Assembly (NCBI GenBank): GCA_963810935.1
Contig: CAWEPK010000016.1
Location: 1 to 64,000 of the forward strand
Length of the DNA: 64,000 nucleotides
Direction of reading: 5' to 3'
Origin: an uncultured delta proteobacterium
GTDB lineage: Bacteria; Desulfobacterota; Syntrophorhabdia; Syntrophorhabdales; WCHB1-27
Shown: positions 1-9,343 of the stretch, in pieces
Numbering within the stretch: the first letter of the stretch is position 1
Layout of the letters: each line of letters starts with the position of its first letter
Position numbers and translations under genes: made by a program
Notes under the pieces: model-generated
What the model was told of the DNA's origin: nothing
The model's database searches: none
What the model saw: the letters and a program-made list of their open reading frames with translations, nothing else

Positions 1-249
1 GACGGTACGCTCCTTCCATGCCGCAGGTTGCCCATCCGCGTAGGCAACGCGCTTACCGGCTCAATCAGGCGCGTATGGGCGGATTCACGCGTGCTCGCGC
101 GCCTGCGGGACAGGAATTTATATAAAGGGAAATGCGGCGCATGCGCGAGGTGGGCAGAGTGCAGAGGATGTCGCGCAATTGCTTACGCGGCCTCCGGCTT
201 TTCGGGCAGGGCCGATTATCTTGCCGACGACCCACAGTGCTTTCTTTAG
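1..249 (+). CDS. Radical SAM/SPASM-domain protein, C-terminal part (5' end outside window)
   Basis: Reads ...RLPIRVGN...KGKCGACARWAECRGCRAIAYA...DDPQCFL*, the CxxCxxxxxCxxC...DPxC SPASM tail. Confidence 0.8.
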   Translation, partial: DGTLLPCRRLPIRVGNALTGSIRRVWADSRVLARLRDRNLYKGKCGACARWAECRGCRAIAYAASGFSGRADYLADDPQCFL

Positions 250-261
250 TCACCAACGTGT

Positions 262-289
262 GGGGCTGTAGCTCAGCTGGGAGAGCGCA
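262..289 (+). repeat. 28-bp 5' fragment of tRNA-Ala (att-like direct repeat)
   Basis: GGGGCTGTAGCTCAGCTGGGAGAGCGCA is identical to 4288-4315; no anticodon stem partner, T-arm or CCA follows. Confidence 0.85.
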
Positions 290-539
290 CCGCTTCGAGA
301 CAGCGTTCAGATTAACGCGCAGCACTGACGATTATAGCCACCGTTGACAAGAACATAGAAATGTCCAATGTTTCATTGGGTATGCCTTCATTTCTGTTAA
401 CCAGGACCCTGAAGAAAGTAAAACATGAGGCGCACAAACGTATCGTACCGCTGCTGAAGTCCGTACGCGTTGGCCGCACCCCCGCCGGCGCTGCAATCGG
501 CGGCGCTACCGGACTCGTCGGCAGAACGGCCACGGGTTT

Positions 540-742
540 CGAGATTACCTCGATTGGCCGTAGATAGTGACTGGAGATGCCAGTAACAAGCTGGAAGTGG
601 TCGAGTTCGACCGATGGGCCGGCGAGTTGCAGAAGACCCGCCCGTATTCTGGCTGAAATTATGACTGCCTCTTTGCCCGAGAACGGTGTATTCATACTTA
701 CGGGAAGGCGTGCAGTTCCGGCCGATTACAGGGTCAACGTTG
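540..742 (+). pseudogene. Internal fragment of a PqiC-like lipoprotein gene (paralog of 4662-5309)
   Basis: DYLDWP*IVTGDASNKLEVVEFDRWAGELQ, frameshift, then ARILAEIMTASLPENGVFILTGRRAVPADYRV; aligns with DYLDRPQIVTRNENNELKLAEFDRWGGELQ...ARVLAETMTAGLPGRNVFVLTGRRAMLADYRI. Confidence 0.8.
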
Positions 743-1294
743 CGCAGGCTCATGGATATGACCGGCCTTGTGGCATCGTCGCAGATGAGGCGGGAGTGAT
801 TGTGTTGTGAAGGGAAGAATCTTTTTCGGTCCGTTGATGCCGGCGATTGGACCTATCGCCATTCTTGCCATATGTGCTGGGCTGGCTGTCATTATAGCGA
901 CCGGTCTTTCTTTTGCTGTATTTATCCCGATTATAGTCGCGGCGAAGCTGACAATGCGGTTTAAATGCTTTGCTCAGGCCGGTATTTGGAATTGTTTAAG
1001 GCGCTTTGTTAAACAGGCCGATTGATGTGGCCGAGATAGGATGGGGCTCAAAGGGCTTCATGGGAACGTTGTCGCAGTGGAAGCCGCGGTCTGGAGGATT
1101 TGAGGGTTGGTGATCAACTGAATATTACCTATACGGAGGCTGCGGCAATCTCGGTAGAAGAAACGGGCGATTGATGTTCTCACCGATCGGTAGTCCGAAA
1201 AGCCCGGTTAGGGATCAACTCCCATGTTAATAATAGTTTCCTTGTGGTAAGGCGGAATGGAACAATACTTTCTTCAATACTGACAGAGGAGGTC

Positions 1295-1717
1295 ATGATG
1301 AGAACGAGATTTGTTAAGACGCTTATACTTGTCGCTGGATCATTGCTTGTAATGTCTGCCTGTGCCAGACTTCAGCCGAACACGACGGCCCTGGAAGGGG
1401 AGAAGCATTACACAGTGGATGTTAAGCTGACTACTTTCGCCTTCGAGCCGGACAACCTGCAGACATACCAGGGCAACGCGATTACATTCAGATTAAGAAA
1501 CATATCAGGCGGAACCAGGAATTTCACCGTCAAGGATCCCGAAGGTACGCTCGTCCGTTCCGTAGACGTAGGTCCGGACAAAACAGTCGATGTAACCATC
1601 GAATTTACAAGGTCGGGTACCTATGAGTTCTTTTCATCGAGCTATCCGGATAAGGCTCGCGGCATGCAGGGTCGGGTAGTGGCAATAGATGCCGCCAGAC
1701 AACCTCTCAGTGGGTAA
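1295..1717 (+). CDS. Cupredoxin-fold lipoprotein
   Basis: GAGGAGG RBS; lipobox-like MSAC; FAFEPDNL...FRLRN...NF...GTYEFF...GMQGRV strand pattern of cupredoxin-like domains. Confidence 0.65.
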   Translation: MMRTRFVKTLILVAGSLLVMSACARLQPNTTALEGEKHYTVDVKLTTFAFEPDNLQTYQGNAITFRLRNISGGTRNFTVKDPEGTLVRSVDVGPDKTVDVTIEFTRSGTYEFFSSSYPDKARGMQGRVVAIDAARQPLSG

Positions 1718-1879
1718 TCCTGACCTACCGAGAATACCGGACTCGATTGTTCCTTCTCTTGCAGGCTCGCTTTTCAGTGTGATACTTGCAGGCTCGTGGT
1801 ATCTCTCCTGTGACTATTCCGGCTGGATAGGGTCGGTCGATGCCGGAAGACAGGTAGAAAGAGAAGAATGCGCGCGGAT

Positions 1880-2108
1880 ACTTACAGCTCTCACGCCGGT
1901 TCTCATTCGGAAAGGAGCGAACCTCTCGCTGGTCCTGATAATTCCCGGTGTCATAGGCGGACTCGTTGCATTCGGCATTATAGGTCTCTTTATAGGGCCC
2001 GTGGTCCTCGCGGTTACCTATACCCTGCTGAAAGCATGGGTAATGCAGAACCACAACTCGGAAACGTTACACGGCCGCGACGGCGAGAGCGTCGTTGGTG
2101 ACAACTGA
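1880..2108 (+). pseudogene. C-terminal remnant of an AI-2E family (YdiK-like) transporter
   Basis: LTPVLIRKGANLSLVLIIPGVIGGLVAFGIIGLFIGPVVLAVTYTLLKAWV matches the AI-2E C-terminus; the N-terminal three quarters are absent. Confidence 0.7.
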
Positions 2109-2413
2109 GGTGTTCAACGCTGCTTTTCGACCCTGCGGGTCGTACAGACAAGGATAGGTGGCGTTGGCGGAATTACATGAACGCCCACACCTGAAGATAG
2201 GCGCAAACTGAGTGTCGAGGTACGTCGAATTAACGTCCTATTATATACAGATCAGAGGCTTAAGAAGCTTGGTTCAGGAAAATCGATGACGGCGGAGCAT
2301 CCTCACCTGCGCCGCAAGCATGGCGGTCCGGGATGGGGGCGAGGGGACAGGAGGAGGAGAAAGCCTGTCCCCCCTTGTGGCATCGGTTAGCCCCCGGGAG
2401 GGTCGTTCATCCA

Positions 2414-2692
2414 CTAATTGCTGGGACCGGGTTCAGATTGCCGCTGATACATCTCCTGGACCTCCTCGTGGGTGTACGGCACTTTATACTTCTTCAGGTC
2501 CTTAGACGACATATTGGACGCCCGTTTCAGCCACTCCGACTGGAGGTCCATGTTATGCTGGTTCTCAGGTTGTTGCTTCAACTGGTACAACTGGTCGGTC
2601 GACATCTTGCTGTAATCCGTCGACTGGGCGATTAAAGGCGCAGCCAGCGCCAGGCCCATTACCACTGTCATGATCACGATAAACGTTCTCAT
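2414..2692 (-). CDS. Small secreted helical protein (DUF1104-like), paralog of 20309-20590
   Basis: Signal peptide; DYSKMSTDQL...EWLKRASNMS; a closely similar second copy is in the window. Confidence 0.75.
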   Translation of the reverse strand: MRTFIVIMTVVMGLALAAPLIAQSTDYSKMSTDQLYQLKQQPENQHNMDLQSEWLKRASNMSSKDLKKYKVPYTHEEVQEMYQRQSEPGPSN

Positions 2693-3353
2693 ACCTTTCA
2701 CCTCTTTGTCTTTCTGCGAAGCTCACGAAGTTTCTATCGGATCCCCGTTATCTTGAGCTTCGTGCGACTCCGAACGTTTCCCAGAACCAAGGTGTTACTT
2801 CCTTCGCGCAAAAGTCTCTTCGTCTTTAGGTTTTTGGCATAAAACCGATGCCTATAGATATGTAAGTACTCGGGGCGGATTGTAAAGCCCTCCGGCTGAG
2901 CCTTTTCCTTTCTGTTCCCGGGGTTTTTACAGTCACGAGTGTACTGCCTCAATAGACGAGCAGCGAGCAGCGTTAATGGATTTAGCGCCATGCACCCGTC
3001 ACTCAAAGCCGCATGTCCTCACATACAGCAACAGTATGTTCGGGGTACCGGTTTCTTCGTCACGGCACCTATCATCTACGTTTCCTCAGGCCGCGAAAAG
3101 GGAGCTTGCCTATCGCACCTACCATCCTTGATTTCTAGCTGGAATCCAACCTTTGGAGATCGACACTTCAACTCGACGAGGGAACCGATGCAACGAAGGA
3201 TGTTGACAACCGAAAGATGCGAACAAAGAATATAAACGGGGCTGAAGGCGAGCCTTGATTTCCGGTCGCCGCCGTCAGTCTGGGTTTGCGGCTGTATTCT
3301 GAAAGTCTGATTGCCCACTGTCTTCAGCTACTAAGTTTCTTGAAGGGGGACTT

Positions 3354-3812
3354 ATGAACGCGGGGGTTCGGTTATTGTTGTCGTGTGTTTGTTTCTTGAC
3401 TGTCTGTGTGGTCGGATGCGCGTCTCCACAGTGGCCAAAAGGTACTTCTGTGCCCGTCTCGAAGGTTGATTTAACTTATCCGAAGCCGCAGCCCGTCTAC
3501 TTTGGGTTCAATGAATACCGGATAACACCTCAGGCGGCACAAGCTCTTCAAAGAGATGCGGAATGGCTCAAATATTACCCTCAAACGGAAATGGTAATCT
3601 CGGGCAACGCCGATCAGCGCGGAGGTAAAGAATACAATCTATGGCTGGCGCAGCAAAGGGCGGATGCGGTGAAAAATCAACTTGTGCAGCTTGGTGTCAA
3701 TCCAAATCGGCTGCAGACTAGAAGCTACGGGGAGGACAGGCCGGTGTGTAGCGAAGCCAACGAGGATTGCTACACCGCTAACAGGAGAGCAGATCTTAAG
3801 GCAATAGGATGA
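3354..3812 (+). CDS. OmpA/Pal family peptidoglycan-associated lipoprotein
   Basis: Lipobox VVGC; VYFGF...GNADQRG..EYNLWLAQQRADAV...SYGEDRPV...NRRA. Confidence 0.85.
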   Translation: MNAGVRLLLSCVCFLTVCVVGCASPQWPKGTSVPVSKVDLTYPKPQPVYFGFNEYRITPQAAQALQRDAEWLKYYPQTEMVISGNADQRGGKEYNLWLAQQRADAVKNQLVQLGVNPNRLQTRSYGEDRPVCSEANEDCYTANRRADLKAIG

Positions 3813-4029
3813 GACAAGTTTTTTGAAAGGTGAAGCTAAGCTGCTGGTCGACGACTGGAGGAGCAACAGCCGGGGACTAACCCTATGGGTGGACTGATTT
3901 TGTGGGAGGGGGTCCCCAAATTGCCGCGCTCGCGGCGAAAGCGGTCAGCGGCGTGGCGCTCGGGGCTGTGGTAACGTCTTGGTTATATCGGATCACGGGT
4001 TTACGGAACTGATTGACACACATGGTATC

Positions 4030-4191
4030 TCGGCCGTGCCGCTCAACGACAAGCTCACGGGGATCAAGGGCGAGAGGGTGCTCAGGCGCTACGCGCACTT
4101 CGGCGTCGAGCACCTGCGTAGCGCGGTGGTCGACTTGGACGAGATGCGAGCAGAGAAGGACGCCGAAAGGTTCAGTGCGGTAGGGGAGTAA
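4030..4191 (+). pseudogene. Tyrosine recombinase/integrase C-terminal remnant
   Basis: KLTGIKGERVLRRYAHFGVEHLRSAV resembles integrase box II (LxGH.....M..RYAH....HL..AV) with the catalytic Tyr; it ends about 100 bp before the tRNA. Confidence 0.6.
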
Positions 4192-4248
4192 TTACTGCAA
4201 TTTTACTACAATTCGCTCTATAGCGGGCGAGTGACTGTGAGTAAGCTG

Positions 4249-4277
4249 TTGAAGAAACCTTGCAGCTATGCTATCTT
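4249..4277 (+). promoter_or_regulatory. Sigma70-type promoter for tRNA-Ala
   Basis: TTGAAG-N17-TATCTT with a TGn extension, 10 nt before the tRNA. Confidence 0.55.
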
Positions 4278-4287
4278 TTGAACACGC

Positions 4288-4363
4288 GGGGCTGTAGCTC
4301 AGCTGGGAGAGCGCATGACTGGCAGTCATGAGGCCGAGGGTTCGATCCCCTTCAGCTCCACCA
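4288..4363 (+). tRNA. tRNA-Ala(GGC)
   Basis: 76-nt cloverleaf, anticodon arm CATGA-CTGGCAG-TCATG, TTCGA loop, G3:U70 pair, encoded CCA. Confidence 0.97.
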
Positions 4364-4446
4364 TTTATTTCCCATAAAAAAAGAAGTTCTTGCGAGGGGG
4401 GTGGCTCTACGGGCTTTGCCCGTGGAGGTGTCATTCTATAGAACCG

Positions 4447-4640
4447 ATAGAAAGAAAGCTATCGGCTCTGTTTATGGTCCTCACTTGTCTTCTCACCGGT
4501 TGCGGCATTCTGGGGCCGAAGTCTGTAGTCCGCGATTGCTTTAATTATAGGGGGCCATCTACGGCTCGTGGAAGAGCCATATGCTCGTCAACCTGGTGGG
4601 GATCCGCTATAGTGAGGCCTCCTGCTTTCCGGCGGTAATG
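4447..4640 (+). pseudogene. 5' remnant of a conserved hypothetical lipoprotein
   Basis: LLTGCGILGPKSVVRDCFNY, frameshift, then AIYGSWKSHMLVNLVGIRY; truncated against the convergent pqiC-like gene. Confidence 0.45.
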
Positions 4641-4661
4641 GTCGATTCTGTACGGTGCCGG

Positions 4662-5309
4662 CTAGCCCGTTCTCCCGTTGTTCAGGGTCGCCTCCATCAG
4701 CACAGGCTTTATGGCCCCCACGATCTCGGCGCCCAGTTTATCGACCGTGCGGCTCATGGCTGCGACCGTCGCTTCGTAACCTTTTCCTTTTATGGGCTCC
4801 GTGAGGGTCGACTCACCGCGAACCGTCACACTGGTGCCGTCCTTTGCATGGACGGTCCAAATCGCATTGAGCCAGATCAGGTTGTCCGGCATAGGGTCGA
4901 ACCGCGTAACTTGCACGCTGATCCTGTAATCCGCCAGCATGGCGCGCCTTCCCGTCAGCACGAACACGTTCCGTCCGGGCAATCCGGCGGTCATGGTCTC
5001 GGCAAGGACCCTGGCGATGTCCCCCTGTAGCTCTCCTCCCCATCTGTCGAACTCGGCAAGCTTCAGCTCGTTATTCTCGTTCCTCGTCACGATCTGCGGC
5101 CGGTCGAGGTAGTCGGGGATCTCTACCGCGACGATGCCGATGACGGAAGATGTGTCGGACAACGAAGTGCTCTGGAACTTGCCGGAAGAGACCGACGGCA
5201 GCACCGGATTCAAAGTGTAGAACCGCGAGGATTTGCTGGTGCAGCTTCCCATGAGCAGCAGAGCCATTACAAGAGTGGGCAGCACGAAACAGGATCGCAG
5301 TTTTTCCAT
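4662..5309 (-). CDS. PqiC / ABC-type transport auxiliary lipoprotein
   Basis: Lipobox MGSC, RFYTL, IPDYLDRPQIV, FDRWGGEL; last gene of the MCE operon. Confidence 0.85.
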   Translation of the reverse strand: MEKLRSCFVLPTLVMALLLMGSCTSKSSRFYTLNPVLPSVSSGKFQSTSLSDTSSVIGIVAVEIPDYLDRPQIVTRNENNELKLAEFDRWGGELQGDIARVLAETMTAGLPGRNVFVLTGRRAMLADYRISVQVTRFDPMPDNLIWLNAIWTVHAKDGTSVTVRGESTLTEPIKGKGYEATVAAMSRTVDKLGAEIVGAIKPVLMEATLNNGRTG

Positions 5310-5321
5310 AGCTTCTCCTCA

Positions 5322-6299
5322 CTATTCTCTTTTACCCATCAGCAGGGCCTCCGGATGGCGCTCGAGGTAGTCGCTCATCACGCGCAGCGAGCGCAAGGTC
5401 CTGCTCATTTCCGAAAGGGCCTTGCCGAGCTCGAATCCCATCGCCGAATTTTCCTGGGTCATCGCCTTGACGGAGGCCAGCGTCTGCTCGGCCTGCGCGA
5501 CCGCCTTATGAGTAATTTCGAGGGCCGCCTGGAGCTGCGCGGGCAGCCCGCGCTCCCCGGACATGGAATCGCTCACCTTTACAGCTACCGTGTTGATGCT
5601 GTCAGAGGTTTTTTGCAGGTTGGCGACGAGGGGCCCGATGCGGGCGTCGATATTCTTCATAACGGCTGTGGCTTCCACCAGGGCCACGTTCAGGGACTTT
5701 GCACTTGCCTGCGCAGCGTCGGAGCTCACCAGTGCGTTAATCGCCGTGATCGATGAATCGAGCTTCGCGAAGAGTTCTTTGATGGGCAACTCCTGGATGG
5801 TTTTGGTGAGCTGCTCGAACGTGGAAGGCACCGTCGGGATCTCCGGGTACTTCTTCTGTATGCTAACGAACCTCGCCGGTTGGTTGGGGAAAAAATCGAG
5901 GGCGACAGCGAGCTGGCCGGTCACGAGGCTCAACGTCTGGAGCTGCCCCCGCAGACCCTTGTCGATCAGGGGATTCAAAAGCTCCCCCTCCTTTTTCGGG
6001 GGAGGGCCGAGCCGCTTTGCCTTGGCGGGCTCTATCTCGATGGTGACGGGAATATCGAAGGCAAGCAGCTTCGTATTGAATTCCAGGCCGATGCTCGTCA
6101 CGGAGCCTATCTTCACGCCCCGGAAGACGACCGGGGAGCCGACGTCCAGGCCCTGTACCGTCCCCTGGAAGAATAACTCGTAGCACAGCGTGTTCTTGAA
6201 GAACTGCCCGGAGCCGAAGATAAGCACCGCGATGACCAGGAGGGTGACGGCGCCGATCACGAAGGCGCCGATGACAGTTTTGTTTGCCGTCTTACTCAT
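5322..6299 (-). CDS. MlaD/MCE-domain protein (PqiB-like C-terminus)
   Basis: TM then FQGTVQGLDVGSPVVFRGVKIGSV; ends LERHPEALLMG; ATGA overlap with the ATPase gene. Confidence 0.9.
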   Translation of the reverse strand: MSKTANKTVIGAFVIGAVTLLVIAVLIFGSGQFFKNTLCYELFFQGTVQGLDVGSPVVFRGVKIGSVTSIGLEFNTKLLAFDIPVTIEIEPAKAKRLGPPPKKEGELLNPLIDKGLRGQLQTLSLVTGQLAVALDFFPNQPARFVSIQKKYPEIPTVPSTFEQLTKTIQELPIKELFAKLDSSITAINALVSSDAAQASAKSLNVALVEATAVMKNIDARIGPLVANLQKTSDSINTVAVKVSDSMSGERGLPAQLQAALEITHKAVAQAEQTLASVKAMTQENSAMGFELGKALSEMSRTLRSLRVMSDYLERHPEALLMGKRE

Positions 6300-7129
6300 G
6301 CGTTTCTCCTTGCAGGTCCAACTTGCCCTGTCCGGTCGGCAAAAAGGCAGGGACCATTCGCCTCTGTACCTGCCGCAGCACCGGCCTCGCCGCGCGTCAG
6401 AAAATTGCGGACAGTCGGGTTCTCGCACTCGGACAGGAGTTGTTTGGGGTTGCCCGTCGCAAGCATTGTTTTCGTCTCCGCATCGAGGAAGACGCAGTTG
6501 TTCCCGATGGCAAAAATACTGGCCAGCTCGTGGGTGACGATGACTATCGTCGCGCCCAGGCTGTCGCGCAGCTCGAGGATCAGCCGGTCGAGGAGATGGG
6601 CGCTGATGGGGTCCAAGCCGGCCGACGGCTCGTCGAAGAAGAGTATCTCCGGGTCGAGCGCCATCGCCCGCGCCAGACCAGCCCGCTTTTTCATCCCCCC
6701 GCTGATCTCCGCCGGGTAATAGTCCTCGAAGCCGGCCAGGCCCACGAGGGCCAGCTTCAGCGAGGCCACCTTGCCTACCTCCGCATGCGACAGGCCGGTA
6801 TACTCCTCCAGTATTGTGGCGATATTTTCCGACAGCGTCATGGAGCTCCATAGGGCGCCGCTCTGGTAGAGTATGCCGAAGCGCCTCGTCAGGCCCTCGC
6901 GCTCCTCCGGCCCCGCGTCCCAGAAGCTCACGTCTCCGTACAGCACTTTTCCACGGGCCGGTCTTTGCAGGCCGACGAGGTGCCTTAAAAGCGTGCTCTT
7001 GCCGCAGCCGCTGCCGCCCATGACGATGAAGATGTCGCCCCGGTTCACGGTGAAGTTCAGGTCTCGCTGGAGGACGAAGCTGCCGTATGCCATCGTAAGG
7101 TCTTTCACTATGATGTGCGGCTCTGCCAT
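6296..7129 (-). CDS. MlaF-type ABC ATP-binding protein
   Basis: GGSGCGKST, ISGGMKKR, FFDEPSAGLDP, VTHE. Confidence 0.92.
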   Translation of the reverse strand: MAEPHIIVKDLTMAYGSFVLQRDLNFTVNRGDIFIVMGGSGCGKSTLLRHLVGLQRPARGKVLYGDVSFWDAGPEEREGLTRRFGILYQSGALWSSMTLSENIATILEEYTGLSHAEVGKVASLKLALVGLAGFEDYYPAEISGGMKKRAGLARAMALDPEILFFDEPSAGLDPISAHLLDRLILELRDSLGATIVIVTHELASIFAIGNNCVFLDAETKTMLATGNPKQLLSECENPTVRNFLTRGEAGAAAGTEANGPCLFADRTGQVGPARRNA

Positions 7130-7134
7130 GATCG

Positions 7135-8304
7135 CTATATACCCAGTACGTTGCAGACTACGGTGATGACCGCAGTCGCGACTATTATGCTGACGATGCC
7201 TGTCACAACCGCCGACCTCGTCGAGTCGCCTACGGCGGACGCGCTCCTTCCGCATTGCATCCCTTTAAGGCACCCGGCGAGTCCGATAAGCACGCCGAAG
7301 GTGAAGCCCGAGAAAAGGCCGATCCACAGGTTCGTGAGCGATAGTGCCCGCCTCGTCTCGTTGTAGTATTGAATGACGTCGAGGTGGAGGCCCGTGACCG
7401 CAACGATAAGCCCGCCCAGAATGCCCATGAGGTCTGCGTAGAGCGTCAGAAGGGGCATCATCAGGCCCAAGGCTGCCACCCTCGGCAGCACAAGGAAATC
7501 TATGGGGTCGATGCCGGACGTCTTGAGGGCGTCGATCTCTTCGTTGACCTGCATGGTGCCTATCTGCGCGGCGAAGGAAGCGCCCGTGCGCCCGGCCATG
7601 ATGATACCCGCCATGATGGCGCCCATGGCGCGCACGGTTGCTACGCCGACGAGGTCCGCGACGTAGATTTGCGCACCGAAAACCTGCAACTGGATCGAGC
7701 CGACGAAGGCCAGGATAAGGCCGACGAGCAGGCTGATGAGCGACACGATGGGAAGGGCCTGGCTGCCCGACTCCTGGATAATGACCCAGAAGTCCGAGGC
7801 GCGGAACTGCGCCTTCCCTCTCAACATGCGCGCAAAACCCGCGGCCGTCTCGCCGAGGAAGGCGACCCCGCCGACGAGGGAGCGCGAGGCTGCCTCGGTC
7901 TTGTCCCCCACAAGGGCCAGCAGCGGTAGCTTCGCCCCCTCCCCCCTGCGTGCGCCCTTTTTCTCGGGGACGGCCAGGGCGAGGTCGAGGAGGCGCTGCA
8001 CGCCTTTGGGCAGCCCTTCCCTGTCTACGGGTATTTTCTTTTGCACGCAGGTGTCTACGATATCAACGAGGAAAGTAAGAAGGGCGCTGTCCCATTGCCC
8101 AAGGTCCGCTGCATCGAATGCGACCATCGCGGGCGGCGGGCTTATGGCAAGCGCTTCGGAGACTTTTGCTGCGGATGGGATATCCGGGCCGAGCCTCCAA
8201 TCGCCTGACAGGCCGAGAACGAGAGAACCACCGGCCCGGTCGAGCCGCAATACCGGCCGGCCGGGCGAATCATCTTTAAGTGCACCGTGTTTACCAGCCA
8301 TCAT
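7135..8304 (-). CDS. MlaE-type ABC permease with N-terminal STAS-like domain
   Basis: AGRTGASFAAQIGTMQVNEEIDAL...LVLPR. Confidence 0.92.
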   Translation of the reverse strand: MMAGKHGALKDDSPGRPVLRLDRAGGSLVLGLSGDWRLGPDIPSAAKVSEALAISPPPAMVAFDAADLGQWDSALLTFLVDIVDTCVQKKIPVDREGLPKGVQRLLDLALAVPEKKGARRGEGAKLPLLALVGDKTEAASRSLVGGVAFLGETAAGFARMLRGKAQFRASDFWVIIQESGSQALPIVSLISLLVGLILAFVGSIQLQVFGAQIYVADLVGVATVRAMGAIMAGIIMAGRTGASFAAQIGTMQVNEEIDALKTSGIDPIDFLVLPRVAALGLMMPLLTLYADLMGILGGLIVAVTGLHLDVIQYYNETRRALSLTNLWIGLFSGFTFGVLIGLAGCLKGMQCGRSASAVGDSTRSAVVTGIVSIIVATAVITVVCNVLGI

Positions 8305-8687
8305 TCCATACCGGGACAGACCCGTTCCTGCCCTTTTCGCTCTTTTAACCTTCTCTGCTGGCTGTCCCTATCCCGCTGACATCCATCGCGTTCCGTCCTC
8401 TTCCTGCCATATTTCTTATATAGTGTCTCCCGAAATAAAAGGGAAGGGGCCATAAGTCACGCCTTCCGGGAAGGTGCGGATAAGCCTTCCTACCGCCGCC
8501 GGTAGGGAGAACGTTAGGAACATGACTCATGTGCAGGTGGGTTGGGCTATTGCTCCCGGAAACACCTGCCAAATAATCAGGTTGACACAAGCAATAAAAA
8601 AATAGTATTCCTGTGCGCGTCAGTGGAAGGAAGGAAGCAAGAAGCTTGACCGTGCGGTCAAGCCGGTATTATGTGGAGGAACCGGAC

Positions 8688-8936
8688 ATGCAAGAATTAG
8701 ATACGCAAGAAGACATTCCTGTGTCAGTTTTGCAGAAGAACATGTACGCGAGGTACACGGGGCTGAGAACAATCTTCTGTGACGGAGAACAACGCTACGT
8801 TCCTATTTTGCGCGTGGGCATACAGTCCTTTGACCTGTCCTCTCCCGTGGAGCGCGACGAAGCGGAATTGACGAGGGACATGTGCGCAAAGGCCCTCGTG
8901 AACGTCGTCATTCTCAGGGAGTACGAAGTGCCCTGA
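8688..8936 (+). CDS. Small hypothetical protein
   Basis: GGAGGA RBS, 82-aa ORF with protein-like composition. Confidence 0.55.
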   Translation: MQELDTQEDIPVSVLQKNMYARYTGLRTIFCDGEQRYVPILRVGIQSFDLSSPVERDEAELTRDMCAKALVNVVILREYEVP

Positions 8937-9282
8937 TCTTATCGCTCACTGTACCGCCCGCCAACGTTGTATCTCCGGGGCTCATATCCACTCGGCACTT
9001 TCGCTTGTGTCAGTTGACAACAACGCGGTTTATGATCATCTTCTCTATTGAGGTAAGCGGTTTGTGGTAACATCTCTTTAGAAAAAGCACCCAGACACAA
9101 CCCCGCTCGTTGAGTACCAATTCCATCGAGTACTCCCGGTTACCCGTCGATTGCCTTATATACAACGAATCCCGATAAAGGAGGTATGACCCCAAAAGCT
9201 CGAAGCCCCGGCGGCTATAAACCGGCAGCGGCTTGCCGTGTGACCGCACCGGCGAGGAGGCTCGCGAACCGTTCTTAATGGC

Positions 9283-9301
9283 CCGGAATTGACTGTTCGG
9301 A
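9283..9301 (+). repeat. Left 19-bp inverted repeat flanking the DUF892 gene
   Basis: CCGGAATTGACTGTTCGGA is the exact reverse complement of 9880-9898. Confidence 0.85.
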
Positions 9302-9343
9302 TGGCGGTTAGGTAAGTGAAAAATTGAAAAGGAGACAAACATC

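Larger units (their letters stand above)
262..4363. mobile_element. Decayed genomic island integrated at tRNA-Ala
   Basis: tRNA 5' fragment at left, intact tRNA at right, integrase remnant next to the tRNA, several gene fragments inside. Confidence 0.6.

Noticed and set aside
262..340. A second complete tRNA
   Set aside because: Only the acceptor 5' strand and D-arm are present; there is no pairing anticodon stem, T-loop or CCA
780..1240. Short ORFs at 807-1025 and nearby
   Set aside because: No RBS or recognisable motif; likely decayed island sequence
6300..6851. 184-aa N-terminal extension of MlaD in the ORF track
   Set aside because: It overlaps the ATPase gene in another frame; the ATG at 6299 gives a canonical N-terminus
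9060..9280. Riboswitch upstream of DUF892
   Set aside because: GC-rich, but I could not match any known aptamer consensus
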